DNA of 64,000 nucleotides from Candidatus Poribacteria bacterium. GTDB taxonomy: Bacteria > Poribacteria > WGA-4E > WGA-3G. Shown piece by piece: positions 40,484 through 49,684 of the stretch. Position numbers and translations under genes: made by a program. The notes under the pieces are model-generated. The model had not been told where the DNA came from and searched no databases. It was given only the letters and a program-made list of their open reading frames with translations. Numbering within the stretch: the first letter of the stretch is position 1; every line of letters begins with the position of its first letter. Location: assembly GCA_965197475.1 (NCBI GenBank), contig CBDANF010000003.1:4000001-4064000 (forward strand), in the 5' to 3' direction.

Positions 40484-43400
40484 ATGCTGACGTTTTTCCA
40501 ACATTTTCTTATCGGAAAAATGGAAGAAGAAACACATAATGACGAAGAGGTAGTTGATCAAGAACAACCGGAGTCTGAACATCAACATGAGACTCCTAAT
40601 CCTGATTCTCCAGAACCTGTTGAAGAAATGGCAGGGGAAGAAACCTCTGATGACGCACAGCCGGAATCTGATTCGGATGCTTCATCAGAAGAGGCAGAAA
40701 CACCTCACTCCGAAGAAACACCTGAACCTCAAGAAACATCTGAAGTTGAAGGGACACCAGAAGTTGAGATGATGCCTGAAACTGAAGATATGTCTGAGGC
40801 AGATCATACATCCGAGTCTGAAGATACACCAGCGGAAGATATGCAATCTGAAGTTGAAGTAATGTCTGAGACCGAACAAGCATCAGAGGAAGATAAAAAA
40901 CCTGAAACTGAAGAAGCACCAGGGGAAGAAGCGGCACCTGAAGTTGATGAAACACCCGCTCCAACCGAACCGCAAATCCCCTATTCTCTCGGAGAGAATG
41001 AGGAATTGTTTGATTTCGTTGCGATGTTTGAGGAAAGCCAGCACTCTGGTGCCGAACACATATCAGCAAGCATGGCAGATTCAGCAGGAGGTGTTACCAA
41101 ACCTGCACTCTTTGAACACCCATCATCGACCGGTTCTGCACGAATTGTCTATGAATTAGACCTGCCTTCAGTTGAGGATAACGAGAACCTCTGTCTATAT
41201 TTCAGTATCGGTCTAAGAGATGGTGTCGTGTTTGATGATCCGCAAAGACAACCCGGCGGTGTTAAATTTTCTATTGAAATTTCTAGTGAACAATGTTTTG
41301 AATCTGTTTCAACAGAATGCAATTGGACCCAAAACGGCATAGATTTGACTCGTTCCGCTGGTGAAAAAGTTGAACTTGTTTTTATCACGCAATGTAATGT
41401 TGAGGGTAATAGCAGCTTTGCATGGGCACTATGGGGACAACCAAAACTTCTCAAACTCACTCGGACAGAAGCTGCCTCAACGAAAAAGGGTGCTAAGGAT
41501 CCACAAGCACTGCCTTCAGAAATACAATGTGGACTTGCGATTGCGAAATTGCCTGAGGATCGCACAGCTCTATTTGAATTCAATCGTGACGGTTTTACAC
41601 CTGCACATGAAATTGCTGCTGAAATTTATAACCAATTAGATATTGAACCAATTGATTTAGTGCTTTACGCTGCACAACCGAAATTAGAAATCGTGAGTGT
41701 GGGACCAACAGCAGCGGTCGTTGGCACAGGAGAAGCGTTTGAAGTCCAATGCACTATCAAAAACGTTGGTGCGGGACCTCTCGGAAAGGATAGTAAAACG
41801 CGACTTAGCATCAGCGATCTTAAGTTGCGACGCGGTCGATCCGCACATAATGTGAAGACAATTGCCCCCGGTGACACATCAACTTTTGTATGGTATGCAC
41901 GTGGAGTTCCACATCAAACTGACCTCAATTTTTCTGTTTCGCTTAAGTCTCACACTCCCAAAGTAGGTGAACGGATGAAGGGAGTTGTTCACATCTGCCC
42001 GGCATTGCCGAAGCTCGAAACGCAGGTCGTTCCGGAACTCCATACCTACATGCACGGTGAACATGTGGTACTTGGAAATAAAAATCTCCGTATCGTTTTT
42101 GTTCATAGCAGTGAACAATCCAAGTCAAACAATCGAAAATCTAATAAGGGTATATCCTCACAAATAAAAACAGAGGTTGGTTTCGAATATTACGCGATTT
42201 TCGTGGCGAAAGGCAGTAGCTATCAGCAGGTAGCGACCTCCAAAATGATTGCTGAGGCAACCTATCTTTCTGATGATGTCATCCACAACCTAAATTTTGT
42301 TCCAAACGATGTCCAATTAGCAGGTAATAGCCTTGGTGAATCCATTGTCCACCTAACAAGTGAACACAAAGATTCGGATGAGGTTACCTGGACGCTTCAG
42401 TTACAGTTGATCCTCACGGAAGATGCAAAACGCATCAAAACGACATATCGATTAACGACTGATAGGGAACGTGAACTTCTCGCTTTCCGAGGTACAGAAA
42501 TTTACGCTGGACATAAGAGCAGCCGCGAAAAGAAAACTGCAGCTCTATTTCCCGGTCTCGAATTCCTTGAAGGTGGTGAACCCTCTTCAAATACCCGTGA
42601 CGCGGCACCACCGCTTAACAATCGATTGGTCCCGCATCCCTATAAGATCACTGTTCCTGTGATGGTAGTTGAGATTCAGAAATCGGTTGTCGGGATCGCT
42701 TGGAATCCATTGCAAAGTTGGGATGGTGAAGCACAAAATGTTTCTGCTGTATTTGCTTCACCCAATTGGCATCATCAAGAGAGAAATCATCTAATGGGTC
42801 TCTTTCTTCCGACTGTGCTGGAATGGGTGCAGGAGAATACACTTGTTGCTGAAACTGCTTATCAGTTAACGCCGGAACGTCCAGTCACAATGGACTGTGA
42901 GATTATTGCTGATGGAAACGCCTCTATCTTAGATGGAATTGCACATTGGACAGACGCGTACGGCACTCCTGAACGACTTGAACCTCCTCGCAATGATGAA
43001 GAGGAGATTATGCTATCGCGGCACGGATTCATGCACACGGTTTGGGATGAAGAGACAAGACAATCCAGACACTGCGTTGATTGGGCTTCCCATAACGAAC
43101 CCGGATTTGCTACCTTACTTTGGTACGATTATTTAGTGACGAAATCTGAAGATGTTAAGGGGCGGGTTAAGGAAATAGCAGAAAAAACAATTGCTGACGT
43201 TGGTGCTAGCGGTTTGGCTGCTCGTGGATCGTGCCATATTCTAAGCGGAGAGTTTCCGTTCTATTTCGGACACTTAGATGCTGCGTTGGGATACTATGAA
43301 GCTGAGGTGCAGCCCATAATTGAGTCTCAAGCCGAAGATGGTAGTTGGGGTTTTAATCCGACATCTGAGAAAACACAAAACCTTGGGAAAGCGGGTGATG

Positions 43401-44371
43401 TCGTTCTTGGCACGTGTGCAGCAAAGGCACTCAAACTCCTAAAACATGCCCGCATCACGGGTAACAGTGCTTCGCTGGAAGCAGGCAAGAAAGCACTCTC
43501 TTTCATGGATCGTTTTTCCGTGCCGCGAGGCGCACAAGCGTGGGAATGTCCACTATATGAGCCGGATATCCTCGCTGCCGCACATGCAATCGGTGTCTAT
43601 GTGGAAGCACATGAAGTTATCGGTAATAAATCATATCTAAAACGTGCTGAATATTGGGCAGAGACGGGGCTGCCATTCTTATATCATTGGCATCTCGCTG
43701 ACCGACCCGGCATGCAGTTCGCTTCCATACCGGTTTTCGGAACAACCTTTTATACCCATTCTTGGCTTGGTGTGCCGGTACAGTGGAACGGTTTGGTATA
43801 TGCCTACTATTTGCAAAGACTGAATCAACATACACGGGACGAAAGATGGCGGAAAATTGCTGAAGGCATTACAATAAGTGCAATGTATCAGCAGTGGACG
43901 GATGGTGAACTGAAAGGCACGTATCCTGATGGATTTTACGGGTTCTGCACCGAAGGTAAAGGTCCACATCTCAATCCTGAAGATATTATGGCCAATGTCT
44001 ATATGCTCCGTGGACTTGACCCAGGCGTTAAGACTGCAATCTCAGGTTCAATCCATTTGAGTTCTGGTGCGAATCCCGAATCTGTTACCATATCCCGGAA
44101 TGGTGAATTAAAATGGACTCTTAACTATGCGGAAAATGAAATAAGCCACACCCTGATTACCGGTTATGAACAAGCCCCTTCCCTCATGCGTGCGCAAATC
44201 GCAGAGAGTGGTGGCGATAAAGATGATGCTCCTTTTGATATTCCTCAAGTTGATTCCTTAGAAGAGGTCACATCTGGATGGCGTTATCTTGAAGAAAAAG
44301 ACGCAATCCTGATTAAACAGATTCATACTACTACAGAGATGCAGTTTCAACTTCTTAAAAAGGTTGAATAA
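40484..44371 (+). CDS. Large hypothetical protein: acidic repeat N-terminus, beta-sandwich/CARDB-like modules, probable alpha/alpha toroid C-terminus
   Basis: 1295-aa ORF with GAGGAG RBS, E/P/T-rich hexapeptide repeats, CTIKNVG motif, QAEDGSW, YLKRAEYWA. Confidence 0.7.
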   Translation: MLTFFQHFLIGKMEEETHNDEEVVDQEQPESEHQHETPNPDSPEPVEEMAGEETSDDAQPESDSDASSEEAETPHSEETPEPQETSEVEGTPEVEMMPETEDMSEADHTSESEDTPAEDMQSEVEVMSETEQASEEDKKPETEEAPGEEAAPEVDETPAPTEPQIPYSLGENEELFDFVAMFEESQHSGAEHISASMADSAGGVTKPALFEHPSSTGSARIVYELDLPSVEDNENLCLYFSIGLRDGVVFDDPQRQPGGVKFSIEISSEQCFESVSTECNWTQNGIDLTRSAGEKVELVFITQCNVEGNSSFAWALWGQPKLLKLTRTEAASTKKGAKDPQALPSEIQCGLAIAKLPEDRTALFEFNRDGFTPAHEIAAEIYNQLDIEPIDLVLYAAQPKLEIVSVGPTAAVVGTGEAFEVQCTIKNVGAGPLGKDSKTRLSISDLKLRRGRSAHNVKTIAPGDTSTFVWYARGVPHQTDLNFSVSLKSHTPKVGERMKGVVHICPALPKLETQVVPELHTYMHGEHVVLGNKNLRIVFVHSSEQSKSNNRKSNKGISSQIKTEVGFEYYAIFVAKGSSYQQVATSKMIAEATYLSDDVIHNLNFVPNDVQLAGNSLGESIVHLTSEHKDSDEVTWTLQLQLILTEDAKRIKTTYRLTTDRERELLAFRGTEIYAGHKSSREKKTAALFPGLEFLEGGEPSSNTRDAAPPLNNRLVPHPYKITVPVMVVEIQKSVVGIAWNPLQSWDGEAQNVSAVFASPNWHHQERNHLMGLFLPTVLEWVQENTLVAETAYQLTPERPVTMDCEIIADGNASILDGIAHWTDAYGTPERLEPPRNDEEEIMLSRHGFMHTVWDEETRQSRHCVDWASHNEPGFATLLWYDYLVTKSEDVKGRVKEIAEKTIADVGASGLAARGSCHILSGEFPFYFGHLDAALGYYEAEVQPIIESQAEDGSWGFNPTSEKTQNLGKAGDVVLGTCAAKALKLLKHARITGNSASLEAGKKALSFMDRFSVPRGAQAWECPLYEPDILAAAHAIGVYVEAHEVIGNKSYLKRAEYWAETGLPFLYHWHLADRPGMQFASIPVFGTTFYTHSWLGVPVQWNGLVYAYYLQRLNQHTRDERWRKIAEGITISAMYQQWTDGELKGTYPDGFYGFCTEGKGPHLNPEDIMANVYMLRGLDPGVKTAISGSIHLSSGANPESVTISRNGELKWTLNYAENEISHTLITGYEQAPSLMRAQIAESGGDKDDAPFDIPQVDSLEEVTSGWRYLEEKDAILIKQIHTTTEMQFQLLKKVE

Positions 44372-44500
44372 ATTACCAAAATTTCGTAAAGTGTATAAAG
44401 TTGTATAAATTTAGAATAGAAATGAAATCTATCGTTCTTACAAACTTTTGCACATTTTCAAACTTTTGTAACGGGGCGTTTTGTCCCAATTGGAGGAACC

Positions 44501-44842
44501 ATGAAAGCGCAAAGAATCGTATCAACAACATTCTGCTTAGTTATGGTGTCACTGTGCGTCTTCGCTATATTTTCAACGCAGGTTAGTGCACAGGATGATG
44601 GTGCTGCGGCAGAAAATATCTCAATGTTTAATTGGCAGATGATTGCACGAGATATTATTTTAGTGGCAGTCTTTAGCATTGTTGGCTTAATCATTTTAAT
44701 GATCGGATATAAGGTCTTTGATATGGCAACGCCGTATGACCTCAACCGGCAAATTGCTGAAGAGAATAACACTGCTGCGGGTATTGCCGTTGCAGGTGTC
44801 CTTGTTTCACTCGGTATTATCGTTGCGGCTGCTATGGGGTAA
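44501..44842 (+). CDS. DUF350 domain membrane protein
   Basis: YKVFDMATPYDLNRQIAEENNTAAGI motif; GGAGG RBS. Confidence 0.88.
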   Translation: MKAQRIVSTTFCLVMVSLCVFAIFSTQVSAQDDGAAAENISMFNWQMIARDIILVAVFSIVGLIILMIGYKVFDMATPYDLNRQIAEENNTAAGIAVAGVLVSLGIIVAAAMG

Positions 44843-44925
44843 TTTACCCGTTATAGCTGCGATCTGACAATCATATTTAGGCGGGGTATGAGCTCCGCCT
44901 ATTTCGGATTACGAAGGGGTATTTT

Positions 44926-45736
44926 ATGTATGAGACGCTTTATTGGTCGGAGCAGGATGTCAGTCCAGAGCAAATTCAGGAATGGGTTGAAACCTTCCAC
45001 CGTGACGGATGCCTATTCCTTGAAGATGTGTCGACTCCGCCACACTGTGCGGAACTTCGGCAGGATTTGGATTGGTCACTTGAAAATAATCCAAACGGTT
45101 TAAATGGTGGAAATCACGAATCAACGATGCACTTGTGTCATCGCATGTTTGAACATAGCAAGGCAAACCTGAGGTTATTTGACCTTGAACCAATTGCATC
45201 GTTTGCTGAAGCACTTGTAGCGAATAATTGCCACGTTATACACAATAACTCCTTTCAAACACGCCCCGGCGGTGGAATTACGAGCTGGCATCAAGACGAT
45301 GCACTACACTACATCGTCACAGAGGGGGAACCACCTACAAATGTCAAACTTCCAGTGCTACTCTTCACCGCAAATTACTACCTCACCGATGTCACCAAGA
45401 TTGAACATGGCGGAACAGAGGTTATTCCGGGTTCGCATCTTTTCGGTGCATCCCCTCCGAATCCGGTAGAAGGGACGGAGTGGGAAGAGAAAATCCGTTA
45501 CAACCTTGGCCAAGCGGGCAGCGTTGCTATGTTCAACAATCAGGTATGGGCACCGTGGCGGTCCGAATCGTAGCCAACGCACTCGATACATTACGCAGGT
45601 GACCTACGCGCGCCGACTTGTTGGTCATAAATACTATCCGTTTATGAATTACACAATGTCAGAATCGGTTTATCGGGACGCAAATCCGAGGTTACGCCGA
45701 TTGCTCGGGTTCCTCAACCATGGTGCTTACGGTTAG
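44926..45736 (+). CDS. PhyH family dioxygenase, one +1 frameshift
   Basis: WHQD and VIPGSH. Removing one G from GGG 45548-45550 restores VWHRGGPN with the distal His. Confidence 0.85.
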
Positions 45737-45808
45737 GGACGCTATCCGTACCATAGATTTGATTCACCATAAGAGCACGGAATGTATCGATTCAGATTGG
45801 ATGTGAGA

Positions 45809-46852
45809 ATGAAAACAATTGCGTTTTCAGAACAAGGTGAAATTGACGTATTGCAGTATCAAGAGGTCGCCGTACCTACTCTTGGCCCCGAGGAAATCCT
45901 TGTCAAGGTTAAAGCGTGTGCTGTCAACTATCTTGATATCCACGCGCGGCGCAACCGCCCTGAGATAAAGCAGAAACTTGAAGAAACTGGCACACCCCAC
46001 ATTTTAGGATCTGACATTGCTGGTGAAATTGCCGAAATTTCTGGAACACATCCCGAACTCGCTATCGGAGACCGTGTGCTCCTTGCGCCATGTATTCCGT
46101 GCGGTATCTGTAACGACTGCATCAACGGTTATGAAAATCTATGTGACACACAGCAGCTGCTCGGATTCCAAACCGATGGCGGTTATGCCGAGTTCGTCAA
46201 AGCACCAACCAAAAATGCGATTCAGATAGCGAATACATTGTCTTTCGTTGAAGCATCAGCACTGCCGATTGCTTACCTGACAGCATGGCACATGCTCATC
46301 ACGCGTGCACAACTCCGCGCGGGAGATGATATATTGATACTGGGTGCTGGCGGAAATGTCGGAAGTGCGGGCTTACAAATCGCCAAACTTGTCGGGGCGC
46401 GCATCTTTGCGACAGCGAGTACGGATGAAAAATTAGCACGCGCCAAACAATTCGGTGCTGATGTTACCATTAATTATACTGATATTGATTTCTCAGAAGT
46501 AATACTTGAGGAGACAAACGGTCGTGGTGTTGATGTTGTTCTGGAACATGTAGGTGCTGCAACATGGGAACAGAGTATCAGTAGTCTCGCCAAAAACGGC
46601 AGGCTCGTGTCTTGCGGTGTAACAACGGGCAACATTGGGGAAATAAACATCCGAAAAATGTATCAAAAACAACTCACCATCATGGGGTCTGCGTTAGGCA
46701 CTCCGACTGAACTCCGAACCCTTGTCCGCCTTGCAGAACAGAGACGGTTAATCCCCATCATTGATCGAACACTACCTTTAGAGCAAGCGGCTAAAGCGCA
46801 CCAACTGCTGGAGTCGCGTAAGAACTTTGGAAAGGTATGTCTGCTTCCCTAA
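45809..46852 (+). CDS. Zinc-binding dehydrogenase (MDR family)
   Basis: CGICNDC..C structural Zn, ILGAGGNVG, GRGVDVV and FGKVCL motifs. Confidence 0.92.
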   Translation: MKTIAFSEQGEIDVLQYQEVAVPTLGPEEILVKVKACAVNYLDIHARRNRPEIKQKLEETGTPHILGSDIAGEIAEISGTHPELAIGDRVLLAPCIPCGICNDCINGYENLCDTQQLLGFQTDGGYAEFVKAPTKNAIQIANTLSFVEASALPIAYLTAWHMLITRAQLRAGDDILILGAGGNVGSAGLQIAKLVGARIFATASTDEKLARAKQFGADVTINYTDIDFSEVILEETNGRGVDVVLEHVGAATWEQSISSLAKNGRLVSCGVTTGNIGEINIRKMYQKQLTIMGSALGTPTELRTLVRLAEQRRLIPIIDRTLPLEQAAKAHQLLESRKNFGKVCLLP

Positions 46853-46871
46853 AGTTTGGAAAATACGTGGA

Positions 46872-47765
46872 TTAGGATCCGAGAGGTCCCTGTGTATACA
46901 CAGCGTTCTCACCAAATTGCTCAATGAGCCATCCCCGCAACGGCACATCCTCATCAGTTGGGACATAGCGACCATTATTTCTCACAGCAGCACCAAGCAA
47001 TTGACGGCGGATCGGATCGCAGCGTTCATAGAGGTGTTCAACTGTCATATCGTCTTTAGGACGAATCCATCGGTACCCATAACCGTAAAAGAGAGCCTTC
47101 CGAGTCATCTCTGAGGTATTTGGGCTACGCGAGTGCCAAAGTCGCCTATCAAACAGTACTGCTGTCCCATGTTCCACACAGACCGACATTGCATCTTCGG
47201 GAATACCTGCTGCAGTCTTTTCGCGTGGGTCACGACTGATTTCCAATTCAGGCAGCGGCACATCCGAGAAATGGCTACCGGGACGAATGTAAAAGTTACC
47301 GCGACCGGGTTCGGAGACATCTGTGAGGAAATATGCGACTTTCAAGGATAAGCGGGGACGCGGGTGTGTCTCCATCTCAATATTGACGCGACCGCTATCT
47401 TGATGCCATTCCAACCATCCGTCACCCTCTTGTGCATCTTGCGGGGCAGGTGGTTTAACGTGCATGTGTGCGTGGTAGAGATAGATATTCCATCCCAGAA
47501 TACCCCACACTTTAGGTAGCGTTGTCGGTAGGTCAACAAGGTCTAAAAAAGCATCGTCTACCTCTAAGAAATTTGACATACCCCAGTGATTGTCCGGTTT
47601 TGCCTTGCCAGTTGCAAGCACATCGCTATGAAGTTTATCTATAGCGTTCGTAAGATGTTCCACCATCTCCGATGATAGCGCGTTCGACACGTAAAGGTAT
47701 CCCTGTTCTTCGAAATGATTTCGCTCTTCTTCTGTTAATAAGTGAGAAAGGCATTCTTCGTTCAT
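46872..47765 (-). CDS. PhyH family dioxygenase
   Basis: FEEQGY, WHQD, IRPGSH and LWHSR motifs. Confidence 0.92.
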   Translation of the reverse strand: MNEECLSHLLTEEERNHFEEQGYLYVSNALSSEMVEHLTNAIDKLHSDVLATGKAKPDNHWGMSNFLEVDDAFLDLVDLPTTLPKVWGILGWNIYLYHAHMHVKPPAPQDAQEGDGWLEWHQDSGRVNIEMETHPRPRLSLKVAYFLTDVSEPGRGNFYIRPGSHFSDVPLPELEISRDPREKTAAGIPEDAMSVCVEHGTAVLFDRRLWHSRSPNTSEMTRKALFYGYGYRWIRPKDDMTVEHLYERCDPIRRQLLGAAVRNNGRYVPTDEDVPLRGWLIEQFGENAVYTQGPLGS

Positions 47766-47786
47766 AATTAGCACTCCTTGTCCTGA

Positions 47787-48590
47787 TTACCTTTTGTCGC
47801 TTTCTCTAAGATGTTTTTGTAATTCTACAAGATACTCTTCTATCGGTGTTGCGTTCCAGTTTGGCAGGAGTTTATCGGGTCTCGCTACAAGACTTTCTCG
47901 GATAGGACATTCATTCACAATTGTAGGTTTCGGGTGCTTGTATTTTTTTCCGTGTTGGTACAACTGATCAACTAATGTTGCTATATTCGTCGGCTGCGCA
48001 GTACCGATATCAAATACACCATGTTCCCAATCATTCACTACGCGTTGTACCGCGTTAGCAACATTAGACACATGAACAAAATCACGGAGACATCCTTTAT
48101 ATGCCCTCTCCAGTTTCCCTGTCAAAATCTTGAATACAATACTTGGACTCTCTTTTCCGAACTCGTCATAATCCCAAATATTGAAAGGTCGCAGGATACA
48201 TAGATTCATTCTGGTAACAGTTTGGGAGATATAAAACTCAGCACAGTGTTTGCTCCATCCATAAGGAACATCAGGATCAATCGCTGCTGCCGACGAAATA
48301 AAGATCAATTTTGTATTGGTCTGTTCGCAGTAATCCGCAAATTCTGTGCTGGCTCTGTAGTTGAGTTGCCAAAGTAAGTTGTCTGTTACTTGAGAATTGC
48401 TGATAGCACCGCTGTGAACTACTAAATCAAATTTAACGCCATCACACTTCAATTCCCGAAACATGTCAACAAACACACTATATTTGGAATCGCAATCAAG
48501 TCCGTAAACGTCATGTTCGTCATTGAATTTGAGTATCTTATGGATGTGTCTGCCGAGGAAACCCTTATGTCCTGTTAGAAGAATTCTCAT
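47787..48590 (-). CDS. NAD-dependent epimerase/dehydratase (extended SDR, RfaD-like)
   Basis: LTGHKGFLG, ISSAA, YGWSK, LRPFN and RDFVHV motifs. Confidence 0.88.
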   Translation of the reverse strand: MRILLTGHKGFLGRHIHKILKFNDEHDVYGLDCDSKYSVFVDMFRELKCDGVKFDLVVHSGAISNSQVTDNLLWQLNYRASTEFADYCEQTNTKLIFISSAAAIDPDVPYGWSKHCAEFYISQTVTRMNLCILRPFNIWDYDEFGKESPSIVFKILTGKLERAYKGCLRDFVHVSNVANAVQRVVNDWEHGVFDIGTAQPTNIATLVDQLYQHGKKYKHPKPTIVNECPIRESLVARPDKLLPNWNATPIEEYLVELQKHLRESDKR

Positions 48591-48755
48591 AACGTTTTAC
48601 TCCTTTAGATAGTCTGTATAGTGTTTAAATAGCACATGACACTGTGGGATATGGTATCACATCAATACGCTGCTAACCTGGATATAACTGTGCATGACAC
48701 CGTTTACATCCACAGGATGTGGGTTGAATCGCACGCAGAGCAATATACCAATAAT

Positions 48756-48894
48756 TATGAAGTTTATTGACAACATTCGTTAGATGCTCCACCATCTCTG
48801 ATGATAGCGCATTCGGCACGTAAAGGTATCCCTGTTCTTCAAAATGATTTCGCTCTTCTTCTGTTAATAAATGAGATAGACATTCTCCGTTCAT
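48756..48894 (-). pseudogene. 5' fragment of phyH (copy 2)
   Basis: MNGECLSHLLTEEERNHFEEQGYLYV...NKLH, then unrelated sequence. Confidence 0.85.
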
Positions 48895-49012
48895 AATTAG
48901 CACTCCACATCCCTAATTTTTACAACGACTTTTGTATCTGAATCTTCTTTAGCATAATTTATTTGTCCATACTTAACCATATATGAAATAATATAGAGTA
49001 TATCCATCTCTT

Positions 49013-49090
49013 ATTATATCTTATAACATACTGATATGTCAAAAAGAACACATAATTTTGCTTGACAAACTATAAAAATAAAGGTACAAT
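49013..49090. promoter_or_regulatory. Back-to-back sigma70 promoters
   Basis: Plus strand TTGACA-17-TACAAT (49062-49090) with ATG at 49097 (leaderless spacing). Minus strand TTGACA-18-TATAAT (49042-49013). Confidence 0.65.
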
Positions 49091-49096
49091 TGTGAT

Positions 49097-49516
49097 ATGG
49101 AAAATCAAAGTGAATACGTATCGTTAGTCCGAATCCGAAAAAATTGGTTTTATGTATTCATTGTTACGTTTTCAACCCTAATCATTATCAGCACTATTCT
49201 TGACTTAACACTTGATTGGTACATAAAAGATCTAGGCGATACAATACTAACACGAACCGCAGTCCTTATGACGTTAATAATAGGCTGGTTCTTTATAATA
49301 TCTAACATTTGGGAGGGCATCATGTACGGATGGGCAAAAATATACAAAGACAAAATTAGAGAAGAAGCTAAGGATGAAGTATTATCTGTATTAGAAAATG
49401 CTATAAGTGAAGGTATACCGGTTGAAACAATACTTACTGAACTTCGCAACAATAAAGCTGTTCCTCTCACAAGAGAAACTAAAAATCCAAACCAATTAGA
49501 CTCTGCAATAAAGTAA
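49097..49516 (+). CDS. Hypothetical two-TM membrane protein
   Basis: Two hydrophobic helices plus a charged C-terminal helix; AT-rich. Confidence 0.7.
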   Translation: MENQSEYVSLVRIRKNWFYVFIVTFSTLIIISTILDLTLDWYIKDLGDTILTRTAVLMTLIIGWFFIISNIWEGIMYGWAKIYKDKIREEAKDEVLSVLENAISEGIPVETILTELRNNKAVPLTRETKNPNQLDSAIK

Positions 49517-49684
49517 ATTGTAGTCAAGGCAGAAAGGGTACGGTTATCCTCATTGAAAGGTATCCCTGTTTTCAAAATGGTTTCGCTCTTCTTCTGTTAA
49601 TAAATGAGATAGACATTCTCCGTTCATAATTCGTGCTCCGTAGATTTTATATTATCCGATAAACATATTTGCAAACCTTAGGAC

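Larger units (their letters stand above)
47627..49639 (-). repeat. Three direct copies of the phyH 5' end (47627-47777, 48756-48906, 49556-49639)
   Basis: Copies share RBS+ATG and TTCGCTCTTCTTCTGTTAATAA. Copies 2 and 3 are truncated (151 and 84 bp). Confidence 0.92.

Noticed and set aside
44501-44842. DUF350 as part of a Psp module with the PspA genes
   Set aside because: More than 16 kb from any PspA gene; no operon link.
47627-49639. DGR template/variable repeat interpretation of the phyH repeats
   Set aside because: Repeats are at the gene 5' end, differences are not adenine-specific, and there is no reverse transcriptase in the window.
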